In this document: in pieces, positions 51,163-62,744 of the stretch
How the letters are laid out: the number at the start of each line of letters is the position of its first letter
How positions within the stretch are numbered: position 1 is the first letter of the stretch
Assembly: GCA_045837725.1 (NCBI GenBank)
Contig: JBEWZL010000013.1
Coordinates: 62,001-126,000, forward strand
DNA from: Vermamoeba vermiformis
Taxonomy: Eukaryota
DNA length: 64,000 bases
Direction of reading: 5' to 3'
Position numbers and translations under genes: made by a program
Notes under the pieces: model-generated
Database searches by the model: none
Seen by the model: the letters and a program-made list of their open reading frames with translations, nothing else
What the model was told of the DNA's origin: nothing

Positions 51163-51734
51163 ATGTCGAATAATTTAGAGGAATTTAAAGAAAAAGAGAT
51201 TATGCCTGGCGTCTACCTTACAGATTTCAGAAGAAAAGATGCTCAGCCTTCTTCATCGACCCTTCAGTAAGAAAATGATTAAAATAATTATTTTATGAAT
51301 TTTTAAGGCTAACTTGTTAATTAGAGCGCTTGCTGATCCGAGATCCGTTTTGGATGCGATCGAATTGGACATTCAAGAGCTTGAAAATTCTATTAAACAT
51401 TTAAAACGATCAAATATTGAAATGGAAGAATATTTGAAGACAGATCCAGACGAAGACATTAAGGTAGAATTTTAAAATAATTATTTTCATAATTTATCGT
51501 CATCATGACTAAATTTTACTATAGAACGCTATTGAAGAAAATGTTATAATTATGTTGAAGCGAGAAAAGCAAATTTTACAATTACGAGAATTGAAAGAAC
51601 AGCAATCCGGTCAACACTACAACAGCGTTCAAGATCTGCAAGCTAAATACTCGGCATTGCATATTGATAAGGACATTAAAGTACCCATACCTGATAATGA
51701 AGAGAACGAGGACGATAATGGAATTTACTTGTAA
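51163..51734 (+). CDS. Tma17/Adc17-like small acidic coiled-coil protein (3 exons)
   Basis: ELENSIKHLKRSNIEM...AIEENVII resembles yeast Tma17 (EIENSINHLQRSN...VRENEIVL); ends GIYL*. Confidence 0.6.
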
Positions 51735-52192
51735 GCAAATCCAGATTGAACCACCATCCGTCGGTCACCTTTGTTGTAAATATGAATTAAAACTTCACTT
51801 CTTGTTTTCCGTAGTATATACCGCTTATTCTTATAGTATAAACTTATAGCTGAAGTTTTCAGACTCATGACTCTGAGATCATGCATTGTTCGTTACGCTT
51901 CGATCAGTACACAACAACAGTCACAAAATATTGAATTAACAATACGTAGTACCATTAATATTAGAATTAAGGGACAGAAAGCTGCAAGAGATTGAGAGAG
52001 AAGAACCCGAGACCATAACCATGAACTTAAAATTAAAGGACCCTAATAATTTTTAAATAATTTTTAATAATATAATCATAATAATAATGTATTTTACGGA
52101 AGAATTGCTGCGATCCAGCCACGGTAATAATTGTTGGTAATTTTTAAATGTATTTTAACTATTTTACATTACTCGAGCCTATAATATTGCTA

Positions 52193-53032
52193 TTAAGCCT
52201 TATTATCATTCTTATCATGTGCAACAGTCTCTCTGTCACATCGCTTCTCAAGCTGAATTGTAAACCAGTCAATTCCTTCTTGCAGACCGGTACCGACTGT
52301 CGCACTACTCGCTTGAAGGTGCCACGGACGATTGGTCATAGAACGAAGCTCTAATTTATCTATAATTTCATCTTCCGTCATTGCATTGGGCAGATCCACT
52401 TTGTTCGCAAAGACCAAGAGCGGCACTGTCTCATCCGACCTACGTACGAGAGTTCTTTCTTCAACTCTTCAGCGCTCTCCGCAATTCGTTCTCGATCAAG
52501 TGCATCGCCAAGATATATCACGCCTGCTGTACCTTGCAACCTTGTGTTTTGTACGGGCCAATCTGCGATCAGATCGAGTAAATTTCGTTTCTGTGTTTAG
52601 ATGTATATGGTATTAATATACTGTACCTTCGTAGTACCACCAGAGTCCCAGGAAGTGATTTCTAAATTTTTGTAACGAGCTTGTGCAATCGTTAGACCGA
52701 TTGGCGGGCTTACATATTTAAGGTCCTCAACTTGGAGCTTATGAAGCAGCGTTGTTTTGCCTGATGCGTTAAGACCAGCCTGCGTATTATAATAAAATAT
52801 GATCACAAAAATTTAATTCTCCAAGAAAAATTAAAAAGCGCTTCACTGGCAATCGATTGCATATCAAAGGCCATTTCTTTTTTAAAATGCGGTATTTATT
52901 ATAAGATAGTAGTATTTAGGTTCAAAATGGCAATAGTCTTAGAATTTTTGGATTCAACACCTCAAGAAATGCGTCTTAACTTACCACGAGAATTTTCACC
53001 GGCTTTTTGCTGGCGCTGATAATGCTTCCCAT
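52193..53032 (-). pseudogene. Divergent ARF-family GTPase, copy 1 (two 1-nt deletions in exon 3; pseudogene or assembly error)
   Basis: MGSIISA, GLNASGKTT, WDSGGTTK, ANKVD; frameshifts near 52540 and 52440. Confidence 0.7.
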
Positions 53033-53326
53033 ATGCGTTAGTGTTCGAGAGATACAAATAAAAATAATTAAAGTCAAGCCGTTTTATTTTTCGCAATGCG
53101 CTCGTAAAAATTCATTTTGAGTAGAGACTCTACCAGTTATTACCACATCGTAATATCAATGAAGTAGTCTTCCAGGAGATGGAATAGATAATCAAGTTCC
53201 TGCAGTACACACAGCACGTGCACGAAAAAAAGGTGCCACCGAGGCAGTCCCAATCGCGTCATTGTTATTAAATTCCAGAATTTACGCATCAATGACTTTT
53301 ACTCGTTATTGACGCTCGAGCGCAAC

Positions 53327-55065
53327 ATGGAGGTACGATCCACACCTAATCAAATAAAAAAAATTAATTTTAAATTCAAACGATTGATGAACACTGACTC
53401 GGGTAGTCATACTCGTTGGTTACTATAATTAATGTAATTAATATTCACAAAATTATTAATTAATATGAACTCGTGTAGAGTGAAGCAAGCGCATCGGTGT
53501 TCCCCAACGACGTTTGGAGCGTGATACTGAAACATCTTCATCTATTTGATGCAATATTCATACGAGCAACAAATTCTACACTATACAAGGCGTGCAAAGA
53601 GTTCCGACCATTTCCAAAGTATTTCGTTCTCCATCAGCACAAGTGCATGGCGTATTTGGTCGAGAATGGCTTCATATCACTCTTAGACTACGTTAAAAAT
53701 ACCTTACGCTTCGAGTGGACACCTACTCTCAGTATAATTGCAGCGCGGTCTGGTCAAGTAGAAGTGCTGAAGCATCTCGTCAACAACGGATTTGCTATCA
53801 ATAACGCACGTTTCATGTTTGAATGCACGAACCACTCGTGTGAATTATCCATGATCAAGTACTTGCACGAGAACGGAGTGCCTTGGGATCAATACACTTC
53901 TATCAACGAGACTCAACCGATGGAAAACATGGCATATCACGGTCACGTGTCGTGCATGAAATATGCCCTGGAGCATGGCTGCACTCAACACGTCATCAAC
54001 TACACGCCTTCGATCGAGTGCTTGGACTTTGCAAGGCAAAACGGATTTGAATGGACTGGCGAGGACTCACAAAGTGGTGGTTCCCAAGCAACTTATATAG
54101 TACTTGGCGCGAAGAGGAACATCTGTGAAGAGGCAGCAAGACTCGGTGACTTGACGATGCTGAAGTACGCTCATCAGCACGGTGCGGCCCTTAAAAATAG
54201 CGCGCCGATAGCGAATCAAGCTGGTCACTTAGAGTGTCTGATGTACGCTAATGAAAGATCACCAGTGGATGCACATCCAAGCCTCTCCAAGACGTTAGAC
54301 TGCTTCAAGTACCTCGTGCAAAAGTTAGGCCTTGAAGAGCTGCGAGGCACCAGAGACATTTGGTTCCATCAATTGCAAAACGGCAATCTCGAAACACTGC
54401 GATTTATGCTACAAAACGGCTTTCCATTTCAATTAAGCAACCCCATACTTATGAAAGGCGCATTAGAAGCATCATTGTGCTCAATAGAAACGTTCAAATT
54501 TATGCTTAATGAAGTGAAGGCATCGTACGAGTCAATCAATCCGTACATTGCCAGCATCACGCACGGCAATCTCGAGTGTTTGAAGCTTTGTTTTGAACGA
54601 AATCTCCCGAACAAATCTCCCGCCGAGCTGCAAGACAATAATGGTTTTTTAAGCTTCATGCCTGTGGCACCAGAACCGCTCAGCCAGACATTAATAGCAA
54701 CTGCGATCAGATCCAAGATAGAGATTTTGAAACTGTTATGGGAGAAATTACGAGATGACAAAGGTGTCAATATGGAACAATGTTTGAACGAGGCCGTCTA
54801 TTCCACACCTGAAATTCTCGAGTTTTTTACGCAGCAAGGAGCTCAATGGACGTCGCAGCATCTCAGGTATGACTTCGCTAGCTGCAAATTTGCCAAATAT
54901 GGCATACCTGACTCGTGCGGGATGTAAGTCAACATAACCAAATATAGCCATTGTATTGAAGTACTTACGGCTCTGTTAGGCAAGTGGAACGCTGCATTGT
55001 GCCGATCAGCTACTGCCTTGATAGCCAAGTACGCTCGAGAGCACGGTTGTACGAACTTTGAGTAG
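53327..55065 (+). CDS. F-box plus ankyrin-like repeat protein (LKYAHENGCPW-type repeats; frameshift near 54865)
   Basis: FPNDVWSVILKHL F-box; repeats AARSGQVEVLKHLVNNG, IKYLHENGVPW, AARLGDLTMLKYAHQHG; last exon CKWNA...KYAREHGC. Confidence 0.8.
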
Positions 55066-55308
55066 ACCCTACTTAGGCTGTGTATTCACGGATCGAACAT
55101 AAAGATGAAGATAAACTTGCAACGGTGGTGCACACAATTAATCGAACTTCAACAAGCACGGAAGCGGTCTTTGCCGTCACAAATCATTTCATGAAATAGA
55201 CTTCCCAAAGCATCCTCTTTGATAGGCTCGTGAGGCAAGACTACATTGATTTATTTTACACGGGTTGAAACTATTTACACGAGTTATTAACATGAGCTGA
55301 ACGAATAA

Positions 55309-56073
55309 TTAATGCGCTGTATTCAAATCACAGGCAGCAGTCACGACATAACCTTTGCGCTCGATTTGGCGAGTAAGCCAGTTCAGTCCGTCGTTCAGAC
55401 CCATTCTTGTTGTGGCACAGCTGGGTTGTACGTGCCACGCGCGATTTTTCATTGAACGAAGACCCAACTTATCGATGATCTCATCTTCAGTCATTGCATT
55501 GGCCAGATCCATCTTGTTCGCAAATATCAAGAGCGGCACGGCGTGATCTGATGTGCGTTCTTTCTTCTTCTCTTCTGCATCCCTTAATCCGGCCTCTACG
55601 TACGAGAGTTCTTTCCTCAGCTCTTCTGCAGTCTCTTCAATGCGCTCTCGGTCAGTAGCGTCCACAAGATATATCACGCCTGCGGTGTCTAGGTCTTGGT
55701 GAAAATGCCTTTTCAGAGGCCCAATCTGTCACGATCAGATCGAGTAAATTTCGTTTCTTTGCGCTCAATATTTATAATATTAATTTTTTCAAGGAACTAT
55801 AATTATTCGTACCTTCGATCGACCGCCAGAGTCCCAGGAAATAAAATCTAAATTTTTATAACGAGCTGTTTCAGTGGTCAGCCCAATCACACGCACTTCC
55901 TCTTTGAATTCTGAAGGTTTGAATTGATAAAGCATCGTTGTTTTGCCGGATGCATCAAGGCCAGTCTGTGTTATGCAGATAACAATTAGTTTTTGACGGA
56001 TGCACCGCTAATCTGAACTTGCCACGAGAATCTTGACTGGCTTTGTATTCGAACCGCTAAAGATACCGCCCAT
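55309..56073 (-). CDS. Divergent ARF-family GTPase, copy 2 (first intron GC-AG)
   Basis: MGGIFSG, GLDASGKTT, WDSGGRSK, ANKMD, PSCAT. Confidence 0.85.
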
Positions 56074-56441
56074 TGTTAATATGCGTTTTATCAATTAGAT
56101 AAAGTATCAAGCGATGACTTTATGGTTTTTGGATCTTACGTCAGCTTTTTGTCGTTCACAGAACGGAATTCATTGTTTTTTATCAAGAATATCTAAACCA
56201 TCATGTTATTATTAATATCACAGTATTGATAGTATTCATATTTGATGTTAATGCAGAATTCCCAATGGAGCTAATGGATTGAGGTTTCGGCCACGTAAGT
56301 TAATAAGATTGCATTTAAATATTATTTACAATACAGCGAATTATTAATAACACCTTTTACGTGCGAACCGATGGTATCCAGCCACTAGAATATTTATTTT
56401 TAATTTTTTTTTTATTTTACTATTTACATTGGCTTATTGAA

Positions 56442-57169
56442 TTAAGCCTTATTATTACTTAAATCGCACGCTGCAGTTACTCCATAACATCGTTTCTGGA
56501 GCTGCGCCGTAAACCAGTCCAGCCCTTCGAACAGACCGGTGCCTTGAGGTGCGCAACTGGATTGAAGGTGCCACGGACGATTGTGCATTGAGCGAAGGTT
56601 AAATTTATCTATAATTTCATACTCAGTCATTGCGTTGGGCAGATCCATTTTATTCGCGTAGATCAAGAGCGGCACTGCTTCATCTGGTTTTCTATCACTT
56701 TCTACTAATGCAAGTTCTTTCTTAAGCTCTTCTGCGCTCTCTTCAACCCGATCTCGATCATTCGCATCCACGAAATATATTACTCCTGCAACGTCTTTGA
56801 CGTGAGGCTTTTTGGCCCAATCCATCTGCCGGAAAGATCGAGTAAATTTCGTTTCTTGAAGTTAAATATATATTTTATGCATATATATATATAATAGTAA
56901 GATATTCTTACCCTAGTGCGACCACCAGAGTCCCAGGAAGTAATTTCTAAATTTCCGTAACGAGTTTTTTCCAAGTGCAGGCCAAACATGGGGATGGTTT
57001 CGCTGATATCTCCTATTTTAAGCTTATAAAGCATTGTTGTCTTGCCTGCTGCATCTAGGCCGGTCTTAATAATATTTATAATTAATACTGACGCAGAAAC
57101 TCGGGATTTGGTACGTACCAAAAGAACCTTGACCGGCTGTTTATTGTTCGAGCTGAAAAAACTTCCCAT
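56442..57169 (-). CDS. Divergent ARF-family GTPase, copy 3
   Basis: MGSFFSS, GLDAAGKTT, WDSGGRTR, ANKMD, SSCA. Confidence 0.85.
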
Positions 57170-57589
57170 TGGTGTTAATAATATGATATTTGGTTTTTAC
57201 AAAAGAATAATTTTGCTCGCCTTAATAGAATTTTTGGATCTGACGTCAGCTTTTTTTGTGGTTCTTTCTCTGCGAAACTGAATCAATTCTTATTTTTTTC
57301 TTCCGGATGATAATAATACCTTACATGCATTTCTTTAAGTTGACTGCCTCAGCAACGGATCTACTTTCAGATTCACATAAGGAAATAACCAACAATTAGA
57401 GCGAAGATGATTGAAACACTTATTCTTGCCACTTAATTAATTCGTTGCATGTCTTTGAGCCATGGGGTTGCCAGATGCGCAAAACACGTGTTAAGATTCT
57501 GAGATCCTTTGCTTTTTATGGAAATCTTACTGAGACAATCAATAAACGTTTCGACAGGCGCAATATATCATGTTTTATTTCATTTTACG

Positions 57590-60088
57590 ATGAAAGCACC
57601 ACTCATTGGCTTAATTTTACTGACGCTAGCTTTGTGTCATAGTGCCAGCTGGGTCTCCGAACAAGTTTCGATCCAAATCCAAGTTACGCTTCAAAAAGAT
57701 CCACCTTCAATAGCCTTAGAATGGAGTCATACACCAGTGCCAGATTTTTCTTATACTGATGCTTATTTCTACTTGTTTCGTTGCGAAGAACCATTCGATC
57801 CGTCGCCAGATTGCTGGCAAACTATTTATAGCGTGCCTATTGCTATGGCTACGCAGAGTTATAGCTATATAGATACGAATATACAGGTATGCAAAGTATA
57901 TCGGTTAATTTAATTCAGATCAGCTCGAGGTAATTTCACTGAAAAAACTAACATTTTTGATTACAGATTGGCAAGCCTTATGAATACAAAGTCAAAATGC
58001 TACCATTTACCTATGGATCTAATCCATCAGTAGAAGGTGTTGTAGTCGCTGGAATGGAGCTTCCGTTGGTAGATTCGCGAGGACACGTGATCTTGATGGT
58101 AGAAGCGGATGTCGCTGCGAATATGACCGAAGAGCTCAATCAACTTAAAATGGATATGATAGGCGATGGATGGGATGTAACAGCGATCGTAGTTAAGGCT
58201 AATGAAAAAGGTAAAATCTGAGTAAAAACTTCGGATGTGCCTCCGAAACTAATCTTTCGCTTCAATTTAGTCACGGATATTCATAATAAGATCAAAAATG
58301 CGCACGAAGGTCGAGAGGTGTCAACAATATTCCTATTTGGTGATATTGCAGTCCCCTACAGTGGCGACATTAATCCGGATGCACATCCGGATCACAAAGG
58401 CGCTTGGCCAGCTGACGGTACGAGTCTCGATTAAATATAATTGGTACTAATATCATTATAGTGTTCTATACTACGTTGAATGATTCTGTTTGGACCGATT
58501 TGTACGTCAACACTCAGTACGCGCAAGACGAACGAAATTTAAACGTGCCGGGCGATGGAAAATACGATATTAGCTTCTTAAATATGATTATGCCTGATGA
58601 GATTACTACTCTTGTTAGGCCAATCACATTATCGCAGTTAGAGGTATATTTTTTCAATCCTGCGATCTCGATTTCAACTAATTTTAATCCAGATTGGACG
58701 CGTAATTTTGAATAAATTCGATAGATACGATGAAATGGACTTATTAAGGCACTACTTAAAGAAGAACCATGGCTATCGACATCGAGATCCAGAGTACACT
58801 TTTGCTCAAAAAGCCATTGTAACCGACGGTTGGAAAACAAATGAATTATTAATGCCCGAATCAAATGCTGCTACTGCGTAAGTCTTATAAATTGTCATTA
58901 TTACATCGTTTAACCCCATTTTAGCTGGCGAACTTTTCCTGGATTAGTTGGCAAGGAAAATATTTTTGAAGGAAATTTGTTTGAAGTGCTTAAAAGCGAT
59001 ACGTAAGTATTATAATATATATATAATAGTATAATAATGTTTATTATGGCAATAGAGCTGCGTTGGCGTATGCGGTGGGTTACGGTACCTTCACATCCGA
59101 AGATTACGTCGGAACAACGGACGATTGGCTAACAAAGACCGTCAAATCGCCTATTCAATTTCATTATGGCAGTTGGTTTGTTGATTGGGACACGCCAAAC
59201 AATTACTTGCGTTCAGTTATCGCCGGCAGTCACGGCTTGTCGGTGATTTATTCCGCTCGCCCTCACGCTTATTTCCACGCGTTGAACACTGGCAGTCATC
59301 TCGGCAAATCAGCGCGATTGACATTGACGCACGAAGAAAAATATCATACGGTGAGTATAGTATTTAAATATTTTTTTGTTTCAAAATTAGGGTTAGGGTT
59401 TGGCTCCAGTACGAAATTCTTACTTGCAATTTTTATAGGGCTACTACGCGAATATTGTTTGCCAATCCCTTCTAGGAGGTACGCCACAAATCATGATACC
59501 AATAGGAAGTAGATTACTAATCGCGTTTGTTGCGCATCAGATCCAACCCTGAGAATGTACATTGTGGATCCACCGACAAATGTGACGCAAGATTTATCGG
59601 AGACTTCTGGCGTCAAATTACTATGGAACGCATCATCAGACGCCGTACTCGGCTATCACGTGTACAGGTCATCAGTGTCCATTGAAGGCCCGTACACTCG
59701 TGTCACAACACAACTCGTGAATGGCAACACATTCACTGACACTTCAGCGGCCAATGGCAAGAACTATTACATGGTGCGAGCGATACAATTGACACAGACG
59801 CCAGCGACTACGTTTTACAATCCGAGTCAAGCAGCGTTCTTTGAAACCACCTTCGTAGCACCTCCTCAAAGCACGCCGCCATCAAGCACGACGCCGAGTT
59901 CTGAAGAACCAAGCACGGCACCAAGTGCAACAACACCGAGCACTGAAACACCAAGCACTGCTACTCAGAATACAACACCAATCACTGATGGCACCATAAG
60001 CCCAGATGGATCTAACGCTCCGTCATCGTCCTCAAGGGTCTATGTGCCACTACTTTGTGCTTTAATTGCCGTCGCTTTTGTCATGTAA
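57590..60088 (+). CDS. Secreted, probably GPI-anchored protein: FN3-like, gingipain (C25)-like, FN3-like domains and S/T/P stalk
   Basis: Signal peptide; IFLFGDIAVPYSGDINPDAHPDHKGAWPADVFY, IGRV, LLGDPTLRM; LLWNASSDAVLGYHVYRS (FN3); hydrophobic C-terminus; about 8 introns. Confidence 0.75.
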
Positions 60089-60546
60089 ATGAGTTCATTC
60101 ACTTCAAATTGGTCAAAACTCTGCGTGAGGTGAACGCACTGATTGAGACCCTGAATGGCGCAACGCACTGCAGTGAGATCTGTGCCCGCGGGTACCGCGA
60201 TCTGCGCGAGAATGAGATTGTGATTGTGCTGCCCGATCGCGCGGACTCGCTGGCCGGCAAAGAAGAAGAGCTGCGCATTGCTGCTGCACGTGCCCTGGTC
60301 AATTTCTGTTGCGACGAGCGAAGTGGATCTCGCGCACAAGTTCCTCCGTTCGTCACCGATGTCATTACAAAGTATCCATCCTATCATATGGATTATATCT
60401 TGCTGCAGCTAAAATTAACCTTAATTTATTGAGCTCCGGCGTTACGGCCGATCGGAAAATATTTTTTACGACATTTACGCTGTGATAACATAAGAGCAAA
60501 TCTGTCTTGATTTTTACTTTTAAAATCGCAATAGAATAGAACTAAT

Positions 60547-62533
60547 ATGTCCTTCATTATCTACATTATCATCTGTATCTTGTTCGTTCTTGTCGCGAAG
60601 TACATCCAGTTGGAAATAAAGTACCGTCAGTTCAAAGGAATCTCGCTTCTTGATTTTCTACTGAACTTCAAAAGTCTACAAAATACCTTCAGAAACAAAT
60701 GGATTTCAGGTGATCAGCCGAAATTGATGAAGTTAAGCCTTGGTCCTGGAGTTCCTTTTGTTGTTGCTACACATCCAGAAACCGCGAAGGTAAATTTAAT
60801 ATCTATACCTCTCAGATTTTCTAATTATCCGCATATAAATTAATTAAACACGATTTAATTACAAATTTTGGTGATCGTTTTACGAATCCAGCTGTAAACA
60901 CTTTCCAAGCGTTGCTAATTTCAATCTTAGTCTCGAAACAAACTAACTAGATGCATTTTAGGCAGTTCTTTCCAACACTGACGACTTTATCAAATCTGTG
61001 CCGTTCTCTTTGCCTAGTGTAGTCAATCTACTTTCGAACAACGTTCTTTTTAGCAACGGTGAAGATTGGAGGCAAGTACTTTGGTGACGAAGCGATTTAT
61101 CTTATTTTTTAAAGGAGGTTCCGCCATGATTTGAGTCCAACTTTCCATTTTGACGTTGTCAAAAAATGGATCCCAGATTTCTTGAGACTCACTACTGAGT
61201 TACTGAATGAATGGAAGAGCATATCAGAGCCGATTGAAATGTGTCATTGGATACCCTTGTTTACCATGGATGTCTTGGGGAAAACGGTGATGGGTCAGCA
61301 CTTCAATTTGATCAAAGGCGAAAAATCGACCGAACACGAAGGCCTGAAGTATTTGACATCGAGCTTAATTCATCCCAAGACGTTTATTTATACCTTGGTA
61401 TGCTACTCCGTGACTTCGAAATGTTTTTCATTATCCTTATACCGATTTTAGATAGAAAGGGTGACTGGCCGTAAACTGCCGGTGAAAATGAATGAGCATA
61501 TCAATTCTTTGTATGAATCGATGCGCGATGCTCTCAATGTAAGTCGTCTTCCTATCGTTTTTAGTATAATGCATATTTATAAATGTTAGCTTATTTTCGG
61601 AGCAAGAATTTATATGATGCTGACATTTTTTATTAGCGCAGAAGACAGGACAGCTCGGATTCCTTCGATCTCATCAAGGCGATGCTCGATGCCTCAAATT
61701 GGACTGAGGACGAAGTAAGATCCATCATTTTGACCGTCTCACCTGTTGTTGTTTAACGGAAATTCACAGAGAATCGCCAACACTTTCATCATGTTTGTGG
61801 CAGGACATGAAACCACCGCAAGAGCGTTGCTTTGGTTGATTTATAATCTCGTCTCCAATCAGAACATTCAGGAAAAACTTTATCTGCACGTTGAATCTGT
61901 GTTGCATGGCCAGCCAATTGCCGCAGAGCACTTTAAGGAGGTACGATTTCTTTTTTTCATGAAACTAACTTTGGATTAATTTCGAGACTAACTATATCAC
62001 GCAGTTACATTACCTTACAAATGTTATCAAAGAAAACATGCGCTTATCACCTCCAGTGCCGTTGTTATTTTCTCGAGTGGCTGCCACAGATATCGCAGTA
62101 GATGGCATGAATATTCCAGCTGGTGTACGTACATATCTATGTATTGAACCTCAAATAATTGACTGTGAATCAGACCAAAATTGGTGTGAGCCCTCATATT
62201 ATACACCATGATCCTTCATTTTGGCCCGAACCGGACGTGTTCAATCCTGACCGATTCGACAAACCTTACAATCCATTTGCATTCTTGCCATTCTCATTGA
62301 AATCTCGAGCTTGGTTCGTACCCTTATTGATTCTATTTCCTTCGATAGCGCCTCACCTTTCTTCCTTTAGCTTGGGCAGTCAGTTCTCAATGGCAGAACA
62401 AACTGTTTTCGCAGCAACTTTCATTCAGCACTTTAAATTGGATTTACTACACTCATTTGCCCAGCTTGACACGATGTTCAGTAAGCCAACTGAATTGAAG
62501 ATTGTTTTGAAGCAGCGCCGTTCTGAGGATTAA
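60547..62533 (+). CDS. CYP: Cytochrome P450
   Basis: N-terminal membrane anchor, AGHETT, KENMR, FNPDRF, and heme motif FSLKSRAC|LG with the Cys codon split by an intron. Confidence 0.92.
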
Positions 62534-62744
62534 TAAATCGCCTTGATGAAAGTCGTTCTTGATATCGACGAGTTGGGTTTCCTGCTCCATTTTTGCTTTA
62601 TGTGATAGTTATTTTTAAATTTTTGTTTTATTATGCCAATACAATGGGTGTAGTTGGGTCAAAAATGATGTCTATATGATATATGCTGGTAAGGGTTGAT
62701 CATGGTTTGGTTAATTAGAAGTTGCGATCTAATTCACAGCGGAT

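Noticed and set aside
59387-59400. TTAGGGTTAGGGTT telomere-like sequence in an intron
   Set aside because: Only two units; too short to call an interstitial telomere.
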